DNA of 64,000 nucleotides, from positions 2,368,001 to 2,432,000 of the forward strand of contig OZ219926.1 of the NCBI GenBank assembly GCA_964291405.2. The letters are read 5' to 3'. Below, piece by piece: positions 28,895 through 37,677 of this stretch (positions within the stretch are counted from its first letter, which is position 1; every line of letters begins with the position of its first letter). A model generated the notes under the pieces. The model saw only the letters and a list, made by a program, of their open reading frames with translations, did no database searches and had not been told where the DNA came from. Made by a program: the position numbers and the translations under genes. The stretch is from Thermodesulfobacteriota bacterium. GTDB lineage: Bacteria > Desulfobacterota > Binatia > Bin18.

Positions 28895-30469
28895 ATGTTT
28901 GGTCTTAGACTGGCAATCACGACAGGGATTCTTATCCTGACGTGTACGCTACCCGTGGCGAGTCAGGATCAGGAAGAAGTCGATTTCCGGACGCCAACCC
29001 AAACGGTAGAGGAGCAGTTTCTTTTTCTGCGGAAAGGGATTCAGGCAGAATATTTTTCGCGCGAAGTCGGACAAGACTGGGATCAGATGGTGTTCTGGCC
29101 GCACGGGGCCGTTCGCCCAACCCATCTGGTCGGCTGCATTGAAGAAGTCCTCGACTGTTTGAGCGGCACCTGTGGCGAGTCTTTTGTCGTTGGGGATAAA
29201 CTGACACCGAGTGTCCAGGTCATTGACTTGCAGACCCGGACGGTCACTACCCTGGTGCGCGGGATGACGATTTGCGATGGGATCCGTACCACACCGTGGG
29301 GCACGGTGGTCGCAACGGAAGAGGACTTCGTCAGCGACACCGGGGCGGTGTATGAAATCCTGGACCCGCTGACGAATGACGAGTTTACCATTCTTGAGCG
29401 AGGCAGTGGCGCTGCGCCGGCCCGGATTGTGGATCAGGCCGGCCAGGACGCCTCGGACCGCATTATCAAACGCACAGCCTTTCCCGTGATCCGCTACGAA
29501 GGCTTTCTCGTGCATGAAACCGGCGTGGTGATTGCGGGCGATGAAGAGCGACCCGGCAGCTATGAGCCGGGCGATACTGATGGCGGCACGGTGTATAAGT
29601 TCATTCCTACCAAGCTGTACGACCCCGACACCGGTCATATTGCGTCCCTCGATCAATCTCCCTTGATCGCAGGCACAACATACGCGCTGCAAGTGTCGTG
29701 TCGGGAGGACCAGCAGCAGTTCGGTCAAGGCTGCGAGATTGGCAACGGCGCCTGGATTCCACTCACACCAACCGTCGCGTCCGAGATCAGTGTTGATGAG
29801 GGCGAAACCCGCATTGGTCGCGAGGCGGCCAATGCGGCTGGGGCAACGGCTTATTACCGTCCCGAAGACCTCCATCGTGACCCGATGTTCAGCGACCCCG
29901 ACCAGCCTGATGCCGTCCGCTTCTGTTTTGCCGTCACCGGGAACCATGCCGGCAGCAACTACGGCGAGGTGCAGTGCGCGATTGATCAGAATGTGACGGC
30001 GGCAACCGGGACAACGGGAGAGATCGTGATAAACCGCTTCATTGAGGGCAGCCCCGAATTCAGTCAGCCGGATAATCTTGCCTTTCAGCCGATAACGGGA
30101 GTGCTGTTTGTTGTCGAGGACAATGGGATGAGCCAGGGGAATAGCGATGTATGGGCCTGTCTGCCGGACGGCGCGGACGACGATATCAAGTCTGACGGCT
30201 GTGTGCGATTGCTCAAAATTGCCGATGGTTCTGCCGAGTCAACCGGCTTTATTTTCACGCCGGATGGCACCGAGGCGTATTTTGCGATCCAGCATAGTGC
30301 CGACGGCAATATGCCTTTGGTGGATGATTTTCGGACCGATGACCTCATCCGGCTGTCCGGGTTTCGGGTCAGACCCATGAAGTACGATTTTGGTGCACGG
30401 ACGATGTACCGTCTCGAACGTCAGGCCTATCGATATTTCGGTTTTGGAACCGAAAACCAAATCGAGTAG
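28895..30469 (+). CDS. PhoX (DUF839)-like secreted alkaline phosphatase, copy 1
   Basis: Signal peptide, CDGIRTTPWGTVVATEE, RYEG, YYRPED, PDNLAF, VVED, AESTG, IQHS. Confidence 0.8.
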   Translation: MFGLRLAITTGILILTCTLPVASQDQEEVDFRTPTQTVEEQFLFLRKGIQAEYFSREVGQDWDQMVFWPHGAVRPTHLVGCIEEVLDCLSGTCGESFVVGDKLTPSVQVIDLQTRTVTTLVRGMTICDGIRTTPWGTVVATEEDFVSDTGAVYEILDPLTNDEFTILERGSGAAPARIVDQAGQDASDRIIKRTAFPVIRYEGFLVHETGVVIAGDEERPGSYEPGDTDGGTVYKFIPTKLYDPDTGHIASLDQSPLIAGTTYALQVSCREDQQQFGQGCEIGNGAWIPLTPTVASEISVDEGETRIGREAANAAGATAYYRPEDLHRDPMFSDPDQPDAVRFCFAVTGNHAGSNYGEVQCAIDQNVTAATGTTGEIVINRFIEGSPEFSQPDNLAFQPITGVLFVVEDNGMSQGNSDVWACLPDGADDDIKSDGCVRLLKIADGSAESTGFIFTPDGTEAYFAIQHSADGNMPLVDDFRTDDLIRLSGFRVRPMKYDFGARTMYRLERQAYRYFGFGTENQIE

Positions 30470-30470
30470 C

Positions 30471-30538
30471 GCCGAGGTCGCTCAGCTGTTCAATCAGGCC
30501 GGCCTGATCGTACTTTTCCCGGTCGTCTCGCCGTTTCA
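30471..30538 (+). pseudogene. cysC (APS kinase) fragment
   Basis: [22 protein letters not shown] matches [22 protein letters not shown] at 28505-28572 (17 of 22 identical). Confidence 0.85.
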
Positions 30539-30541
30539 TCT

Positions 30542-30595
30542 GTCATATTCCTGTAAGAGAATCGTATCAGATTTGTCACTAAAACGCCGCACTCT
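30542..30595 (+). promoter_or_regulatory. Pho-box promoter of phoX copy 2
   Basis: Half-sites GTCATA (30542), GTAAGA (30553), GTATCA (30564), GTCACT (30575); -10 candidate CACTCT. Confidence 0.8.
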
Positions 30596-30754
30596 TTTCA
30601 TGCTGGTGCAAAATTCCCGCAACACGACGAGCGTAAGGCTACGTTGTCTACAGACAACGATCCTCGGAGGAAAACCTGTTCGAAACATTTTCCAGGCTCT
30701 ACCGAGGGCGCAGGATTGGTTTTTTAACGTGCAAGGGTAAGGAGGAGAGCTTTC

Positions 30755-32326
30755 ATGTCTGGTCTCAATCGCCTTCGCAGTCTGAGCACTGCGGGGGCTC
30801 TCGTATTGGTGTTTACGCTACAAGCGGAGAGTCAGGAAGACCTAGATTTCCGTACCCCGACCCAAATCGTAGAAGAACAGTTCACTTTTCTTAGCAACGG
30901 TATTCAGGCCGAATACTTTTCCCGTGAAGTTGGCCAAGACTGGGACCAGATGGCCTTCTGGCCGCATGGTTCCAACAACCCGACCCACTTGGTCGGCTGT
31001 ATTGAAGAAGTTCTTGGCTGTCTGAGTGACCCTTGTGGAGAGCCGTTTGTACCAAGCGATAAACTGACCCCTGGCGTACAAGTGATTAATCTGCAGACCC
31101 GTGAGGTCAGTACGATTGTGCGTGGGATGACCATTTGTGACGGGATTCGCACCACGCCGTGGGGTACCGTGCTGGCGACGGAAGAAGATTTCGTGAGTGA
31201 TACCGGATCAGTGTATGAAATCTTGAACCCCCTGACGCCGGACGAATACACAATCCTCAATCGGGGGAGTGGGGGAACTCCCGCTCAGATCGTGGATCAA
31301 GACGGGAATGACGCTTCAGGTCATATTACCAAGCGTACGGCATTTCCAGTCATTCGCTACGAAGGTTTTCTCGTTCATGAGACCGGCGTCGTCATTGCTG
31401 GTGATGAAGAGCGGCCTGGAAGCTACGAGCCGGGGGACACCGATGGAGGAGCCATCTACAAATTTATCCCAGACTTGTTACGCACTCCCGGCTCGGACGC
31501 CATCATAGCGCTGGACCAATCCCCACTCGTCTCGGGGGTAACGTATGCGCTTCAAGCGTCCTGTCGGGATAATAGACAACAGTTCGGACAGGGATGTGAG
31601 ATCGGCGCGGGCGCCTGGGTAGAGCTCTCACCGACTGCAGCTTCGGAAGATAGTGCTGATGAGGGGATTCCCCGTATAGGGCGTGAGGCGGCGTATAGTG
31701 CTGGTGCATCGGCGTACTACCGTCCCGAGGACTTGCATCGCGACCCTATGTATAATGATGCGGACAATCCCAATGCCGTACGCTTTTGCTTTGCTGTAAC
31801 TGGCAATAAGGCGGCCAGCAATTATGGGGAGGTGCAATGCGCCATTGACCAAGATATCACTGCAACGAGTGGAGAGACGGGCGAGGTTGTGATCAATCGC
31901 TTTATTGAGGGAGACCCTGAGTTAAACCAGCCGGATAACCTCGCTTTTCAGCCTGTCACAGGTGTTCTGTACGTTATTGAGGATAACCCAAATGGTGACA
32001 TTTGGGCATGTTTACCCGATGGAACAGACCGAGACGTGAAGTCTGACGGGTGTGTACGTCTCTTGCAGCTGACAGACGAGTCTGCTGAACCGACTGGTCT
32101 CATCTTTACTCCTGATGGTACTGAAGCATACTTCAACATCCAACATAGCGCCGATGGGAACATGCCCTTGGTAGATGATTTTCGCACCGATGATCTTATC
32201 CGTTTGGCCGGCTTCAGGGTAAGACCGCTCAAATATGATTTTGGCGCACGGACCGAGAGATCGCTGCAGCTCCAAACGTACCGGTATTTTGGTTTTGGAA
32301 CCAAAAACCAAATCGAGGAGCCCTGA
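30755..32326 (+). CDS. PhoX (DUF839)-like secreted alkaline phosphatase, copy 2
   Basis: Collinear close paralogue of copy 1 with the same motifs; AAGGAGG SD. Confidence 0.8.
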   Translation: MSGLNRLRSLSTAGALVLVFTLQAESQEDLDFRTPTQIVEEQFTFLSNGIQAEYFSREVGQDWDQMAFWPHGSNNPTHLVGCIEEVLGCLSDPCGEPFVPSDKLTPGVQVINLQTREVSTIVRGMTICDGIRTTPWGTVLATEEDFVSDTGSVYEILNPLTPDEYTILNRGSGGTPAQIVDQDGNDASGHITKRTAFPVIRYEGFLVHETGVVIAGDEERPGSYEPGDTDGGAIYKFIPDLLRTPGSDAIIALDQSPLVSGVTYALQASCRDNRQQFGQGCEIGAGAWVELSPTAASEDSADEGIPRIGREAAYSAGASAYYRPEDLHRDPMYNDADNPNAVRFCFAVTGNKAASNYGEVQCAIDQDITATSGETGEVVINRFIEGDPELNQPDNLAFQPVTGVLYVIEDNPNGDIWACLPDGTDRDVKSDGCVRLLQLTDESAEPTGLIFTPDGTEAYFNIQHSADGNMPLVDDFRTDDLIRLAGFRVRPLKYDFGARTERSLQLQTYRYFGFGTKNQIEEP

Positions 32327-32331
32327 ACGCG

Positions 32332-34032
32332 ATGAAGCGGCTCGTGGTCAGTCTTTTGAGTCTTTGGGGTCTTTGGGGCCTGGACTCAACCAACTCAATG
32401 GCACAACCGACTCAACTAGCCCAACCGACCCGAGCGATCAGCTATCCCCTCACGTCGGTCCAAAAGGTTGAGCTGCTGAAAGGATGGACGGCGGTGTTGC
32501 CGCCCCGCTCCCCCGGATCGGGACTGGTCGGCGTCTATAACCCAGAGGCGGTGATTCCTCCGCAGTGCTACACCCGGACCGAGGGCCACTTTAATCCGTG
32601 TTACGTCTGTCACCAAGATCATATCCCGGGCCGTGAAAATCGGATGAACGATGCCCATTTGCAACGCGCGTATAGCTTTAGTGACCAAGGACAAACCAAT
32701 CGCTGGCGGAATCTGTTTGAAGACCGTAGTGAGCGGGTTGCTGCGATCAGCGATGAGGACATACAGGCGTGGATTAACGAAGATAATTTTTCCGAACTGG
32801 CCGACCGATTGGAGGCGGTTCACTTTCGAGGCTATATTCCCCGACTTCAAAACCTGTCTGATGGGGTAGCCGCCTTTGATGAGGAGGGCTTTGCTAAGGA
32901 TGGCAGCCATTGGGTGGCTTTTAGCTATAAGCCCTTTCCGAGTACGTTTTGGCCGACCAATGGGTCTACCGATGATGTCATGATCCGCTTGCCGGCCAAG
33001 TTTCGGCACATCCAAGACGGGGTCTATTCGCGCGAAGTGTATAAGGCCAATCTGGCGATTCTCGAAGCCGCAATTAAAGGCTTTGAGACCATTGGCAGCC
33101 TGCCTATTGATGAGACCCAACTCGGCCAGGACCTGAATGGTGACGGCGCGCTCGGCCGCATTCACGCCCTCACCCGCCCGGCAACCTATGTGGGGGCGGC
33201 GAGTGATACGCGGGTTGAACCCTATGTCTATCCCCACCGGACGGAATTTCTGCATACCGTGCGCTATGTCGGCGTCGACGCGGACGAGAGCATCACGAAT
33301 GCGCGGCGGATGAAAGAAGTGCGGTATATGCGGAAGCGGGATTTCCTGTCTAAAACGATCCTCGCCCATTATTACGACGAAGAGTATCAGGAAAAGCTGG
33401 AAGGCACGCTGCCCCACTATCCGGACCGCGGCCATGCGGGTCTGTACAATAAAATGGGCTGGCTGATCCAGGGGTTTATCGAAGACAAGGACGGGCGGCT
33501 GCGTTTCAATACCTACGAAGAGACTATGTTCTGCATGGGCTGCCATAACACGGTCGGCTCTACGATTGACAAGACGTATAGCTTCCCGCGCAAAATCGAC
33601 GGAGCGGCCGGCTGGGGCTATATCAATCTGCGCGGCATGCCGGACGCGCCCACCATAAACGAACAGCAGGGGGAAATCCTAACCTATCTTGAACGCGTGG
33701 GTGGCGGCACCGAGTTCCGCAACAATCCGGAAATGGCGGCACGTTGGTACCATACGGACGGGTCGGTCAATTATGCAGCCGTTGCCGCGGCCCGGGATGT
33801 CTATGAGCTGATTACCCCATCTCCCGCCCGGGCCTTATTGCTCAACAAAGCCTATAAGCTCATTGTCGAAGACCAGGACTTTATCTACGGCCGTGACGCG
33901 ACAGTAAGCCCGCCGGCAAACGTATACGAATACGTTGATAACACAACCGCCCCGACACTCCCACCGGACAAAATCTATACCTGGGATATTCGCCTCAATT
34001 GGGCAGCGGGAAGCGCGGAAGCAACAAAGTAG
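32332..34032 (+). CDS. Secreted protein with two CxxCH motifs (putative diheme c protein)
   Basis: CYVCH and CMGCH, DLNGDG Ca-loop-like motif; starts 5 bp after phoX2. Confidence 0.65.
   Translation: MKRLVVSLLSLWGLWGLDSTNSMAQPTQLAQPTRAISYPLTSVQKVELLKGWTAVLPPRSPGSGLVGVYNPEAVIPPQCYTRTEGHFNPCYVCHQDHIPGRENRMNDAHLQRAYSFSDQGQTNRWRNLFEDRSERVAAISDEDIQAWINEDNFSELADRLEAVHFRGYIPRLQNLSDGVAAFDEEGFAKDGSHWVAFSYKPFPSTFWPTNGSTDDVMIRLPAKFRHIQDGVYSREVYKANLAILEAAIKGFETIGSLPIDETQLGQDLNGDGALGRIHALTRPATYVGAASDTRVEPYVYPHRTEFLHTVRYVGVDADESITNARRMKEVRYMRKRDFLSKTILAHYYDEEYQEKLEGTLPHYPDRGHAGLYNKMGWLIQGFIEDKDGRLRFNTYEETMFCMGCHNTVGSTIDKTYSFPRKIDGAAGWGYINLRGMPDAPTINEQQGEILTYLERVGGGTEFRNNPEMAARWYHTDGSVNYAAVAAARDVYELITPSPARALLLNKAYKLIVEDQDFIYGRDATVSPPANVYEYVDNTTAPTLPPDKIYTWDIRLNWAAGSAEATK
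32350..32433. repeat. Family B inverted 9-bp array encoding a signal-peptide region
   Basis: AGTCTTTTG AGTCTTTGG GGTCTTTGG ... GACTCAACC AACTCAATG ... GACTCAACT. Confidence 0.65.
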
Positions 34033-34076
34033 CGTTGACGCGCTGTCACCTCCTTGATAGGCCCGCTACGGGGTAC

Positions 34077-34129
34077 AAAGAGTAAACGTGTCCAACCTTT
34101 TGTCTCTTTGGAGGACACGTTTACTCTTT
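34077..34129. repeat. Palindromic element family A, copy 8
   Basis: AAAGAGTAAACGTGTCC...GGACACGTTTACTCTTT perfect 17-bp arms. Confidence 0.9.
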
Positions 34130-34147
34130 ACAGAAGGAGGACCTGTT

Positions 34148-36556
34148 ATGCACGGCTTGGAAGGTGTTCGCGTATTGGAACTCGGCAATATGGTGTCTGC
34201 GGCGTATGCCACAAAGCTGCTGGCAGACCTTGGCGCCGATGTGATCAAAGTCGAAGAACCGGGTGGTGACTTGGCGCGAACCCGAGGCCCCTTTCCTCAA
34301 GGGCAGCCCGACCCAGAGCAGAGTGGCCTCTTTTTGTATTTGAATACCAATAAGCGCGGCGTGACCCTCGATATCCGCCAGGATGCTGAACGTCTGCGCA
34401 CCCTGATTGCGCAGACTGATGTGCTCATTCACAATTATGCTCCGCCGGCTATGGCCGAGCTCGGCCTCTCCTACGCGACGTTTCAGCAGGCGAATCCCAG
34501 CTTGGTGATGTGCTCGATCACCCCGTTTGGGCTGACCGGCCCGTATAAAGATTATAGAGCCTATGAGCTGAACCTAGCCCACGGGGGCGGCTGGGCCTGG
34601 CTGAGCCCTGGGGCCTCAGACTGGCCGGATCTACCTCCGCTCAAGGCTGCCGGCCACCAGGCCGACTTTCAGGGAGGACTGGCTGCGGCCATGACGAGTC
34701 TGGCCGCCTATGGCAAAGCCTACGAAACCGGCCAAGGTGAGCATATCGATCTTTCGATTCAGGAGTTTGTCGCCTCCTTCCTGGAACAAAACTTTGTCTA
34801 CTACTCCTATATGGGTCAGGTGGCGTCTCGGCTGGGCCGCCGCCTGATCTATCCCTGGGGCATGTATCAGTGTCAGGACGGCCTGATCTTTGTGGTGACG
34901 GTGGAGCAGGATCAATGGGAGCGCCTGGTTGATCTCATGGGGAATCCAGAATGGGCGAGTTGGGAAATATTCAAAGACCCCTTTGTCCGCGCCGAGAACT
35001 GGGATGTGCTCAAGACCTATCTCGACGAGTGGATGCAGGGCTGGACAGTCCAGGACCTCTTCGAGGCCGGCCAGGAGCGTCGGATCTGTTTTGCCCCTGT
35101 ATTGTCCATGGAAAGCATGGCCCAACAGGAACAGCTCAAAGCCCGCAATTTTTTTGTTGACGTGACCCACCCGAAGGCCGGGACACTGACCCATCTGGGC
35201 CCGCCCTACCAGCTCAAAGAGCCGTGGTGGGATATTCGCCGCCCGGCACCCCTGCTGGGCGAGCATAATGACGAGGTGCTGCGCGAAGCAGCCCCCCCGA
35301 CTCCGTCTCCCCAACCCCCAACCCCCGACACCAGCCTTCCCCTGGAAGGTCTGCGTGTCGTCGATTTTAGTTGGGCCTGGGCCGGGCCTTATTGTGCCCT
35401 ACAGCTGGCCCACCTGGGGGCAGAGGTCATTCGGGTTGAATCGCATGTGCGTCCCGACCTCGGACGACGTGTACCCATTTATCCAACCGGCATGGAGCCG
35501 AGCCTCAATCGCTCGGGCTATTTCAACCAATGGCACCAGGGCAAAAAGAGCACCCTGCTCAACTTGAGCAAGCCGGAAGCCATTCCCATCGTCACTGCCC
35601 TGATTGAGAAGTCCGACGTTGTGGTGGAGAACTTCGCAACCGGTGTAATGGAACGCTTGGGTCTCGGCTATGAGGAGCTGGCAGAGCGGAATCCGGCGCT
35701 GATCATGGCCTCCATCTCCGGCTACGGACATAGCGGACCACAAAAAAACTATATGGGCTACGGGCCAGCCATCGTGCCGCTGACCGGCCTGTCTTCGCTG
35801 ACCGGCTACCCTGGGCACGGTCCCCAGGAAGTCGGCATTTCGTATGGCGACCCGAATGGCGGTCTGAACGCCGCGGTGGCCATTACCGCGGCCGTGGCCG
35901 TGCGAAAACGGACGGGTAAGGGACAGCATATTGATGCCTCATTATGGGAAACCATGGCGGCGTTACTGGCGGAAGGCTGGATGGACTATGCCATGAATAC
36001 CACCCAGCCGCCGCGCATCGGCAATCGGGACCCGTGGATGGCTCCGCATAACTGCTTCCGCTGTGCCGGGCAGGAGACCGACCAAGATGAATGGGTCACC
36101 ATCGTCTGCGGGACGGATGAAGAATGGCAGGCCTTGTGCCAGGCCGTCGGGCAGGCCCACCTCAGTCAGGACACACGCTTTCGCACCGCAGCGGACCGCA
36201 AGGCAAACGAAGAGGAACTCGAACGCATCCTGACGGAGTGGACCAAAGAGCGAACGAAATGGGATGTGACTAAAACGCTCCAGGCCGTGGGTGTGGCCGC
36301 CTTTCCATCCATGAACAGCAAAGACTTGAGCGAGGACCCGCATTTGAGCGCGCGGGGCTTTTTTGCCCGCCTGCCGCATGCCGAGGTTGAGGTGCAGACC
36401 CATATCGGTATTCCGTGGCAGCTCACCGCCGCGCCAAACGGCGTCCGTTCCCCCGCTCCCCTCATGGGCCAGGACACTGAGTATGTGATGAAGGATCTGC
36501 TGAGGCATACTGACGAAGAAATTGCCGAACTCAAAGCCGCAGAAGTATTGTATTAG
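34148..36556 (+). CDS. Family III CoA-transferase (CaiB/BaiF), double-domain fusion
   Basis: Two repeats: LEGVRVLEL..LADLGADVIKVE..NTNKRG and LEGLRVVDF..LAHLGAEVIRVE..QGKKS. Confidence 0.92.
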   Translation: MHGLEGVRVLELGNMVSAAYATKLLADLGADVIKVEEPGGDLARTRGPFPQGQPDPEQSGLFLYLNTNKRGVTLDIRQDAERLRTLIAQTDVLIHNYAPPAMAELGLSYATFQQANPSLVMCSITPFGLTGPYKDYRAYELNLAHGGGWAWLSPGASDWPDLPPLKAAGHQADFQGGLAAAMTSLAAYGKAYETGQGEHIDLSIQEFVASFLEQNFVYYSYMGQVASRLGRRLIYPWGMYQCQDGLIFVVTVEQDQWERLVDLMGNPEWASWEIFKDPFVRAENWDVLKTYLDEWMQGWTVQDLFEAGQERRICFAPVLSMESMAQQEQLKARNFFVDVTHPKAGTLTHLGPPYQLKEPWWDIRRPAPLLGEHNDEVLREAAPPTPSPQPPTPDTSLPLEGLRVVDFSWAWAGPYCALQLAHLGAEVIRVESHVRPDLGRRVPIYPTGMEPSLNRSGYFNQWHQGKKSTLLNLSKPEAIPIVTALIEKSDVVVENFATGVMERLGLGYEELAERNPALIMASISGYGHSGPQKNYMGYGPAIVPLTGLSSLTGYPGHGPQEVGISYGDPNGGLNAAVAITAAVAVRKRTGKGQHIDASLWETMAALLAEGWMDYAMNTTQPPRIGNRDPWMAPHNCFRCAGQETDQDEWVTIVCGTDEEWQALCQAVGQAHLSQDTRFRTAADRKANEEELERILTEWTKERTKWDVTKTLQAVGVAAFPSMNSKDLSEDPHLSARGFFARLPHAEVEVQTHIGIPWQLTAAPNGVRSPAPLMGQDTEYVMKDLLRHTDEEIAELKAAEVLY

Positions 36557-36585
36557 ACAGGGGTTCGGGAAAAGAGGACCTGGCT

Positions 36586-37401
36586 ATGCAGTACCGCACT
36601 CTGGGTCGGACCGACCTACGCGTCAGTGCCGTGAGTATGGGTACGTGGAAAGCGTTCGATGTGCACGGGGAGCAGGCGATCGAGCATGTCGCTCGGCTGG
36701 TGACCGAAGCCCTGGCCTGTGGGGTGAATCTCTTTGATACTGCACCCATGTATGGCGAGGCGGAAAGCGTGCTGGGTCAGGTGCTGCGAGGCCGGCGCGA
36801 GGGCGTGATTATCGCGACCAAGGTCCTAGCGTCAGATCGCACCTCCGCTCAGCGCCTCATCGAAGCGTCATTTCAGAAACTTCAGATTGAGGTGATCGAC
36901 CTCATGCAGGTCCATAATATGGCGGCTTGGCGCACAGTTGCTCCACTCCTTGAAGAATACAAGGCCGCGGGACGCATTCGGTTTCTGGGCATAACCGACT
37001 ATCGAACCAGTATGTTTCCGGAAATGATAACGGCCATGCAAACCGGTATCTTTGATACGATCCAGATTCCATACAACATCGGGGAGAGAGAAGCCGAACG
37101 GGTCATCCTCCCCTTGGCTCAGCAGTGCAATATGGGTGTCTTAATCATGACGCCGCTGTGTCCGATCTTTCATCGATCCCAGCTGCTTCGGGTTTTGCAA
37201 CGGCACGATCTCTCATTCCTGGAGCCCTATGGTGTAACGACCCCAGGTCAGGCGCTACTCGCTTATCTGCTCGCAAAATCCGAAGACGCGGTTCTGCTGC
37301 CCGCCACCTCGCGCCTTGGACGGGTCCAAGAAAATACGACAGCCGGAGAGATCGCGGCATTACCACAGCAGTCGATTGGACAACTCGAAGCATTCTTTTG
37401 A
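36586..37401 (+). CDS. Aldo/keto reductase
   Basis: YRTLGRT, FDTAPMYGEAE, IATK, IDLMQVHN. Confidence 0.9.
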   Translation: MQYRTLGRTDLRVSAVSMGTWKAFDVHGEQAIEHVARLVTEALACGVNLFDTAPMYGEAESVLGQVLRGRREGVIIATKVLASDRTSAQRLIEASFQKLQIEVIDLMQVHNMAAWRTVAPLLEEYKAAGRIRFLGITDYRTSMFPEMITAMQTGIFDTIQIPYNIGEREAERVILPLAQQCNMGVLIMTPLCPIFHRSQLLRVLQRHDLSFLEPYGVTTPGQALLAYLLAKSEDAVLLPATSRLGRVQENTTAGEIAALPQQSIGQLEAFF

Positions 37402-37677
37402 CAGAGCAGGGACCAATCGGAGGACATGGATAGCGTTCTACACAGAGACGGCGGGTGCCCGGCTCCGCATTGATCGATCAGGCGCCCTCTGGCATACTAC
37501 CGCTCCTCACAGGAAGGAGACGAAGAGTCTAACGCTCAGAGATAGGGCAGGATACGCTACCGGAAAAGAGACCGTTCTCTCTGCAGGTCTCTTCCTCTCA
37601 CGAGCACGCATCCTGGGCATAATGTATAACCCTAGCCGGCATAGTTCCCGGCCAGGTAACAACACAAGGGAGATTGT

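Noticed and set aside
37500-37600. GGAGA/GAAG/CUCAG words suggesting a glycine riboswitch or T-box before aspS
   Set aside because: The required stems and conserved spacing could not be built.
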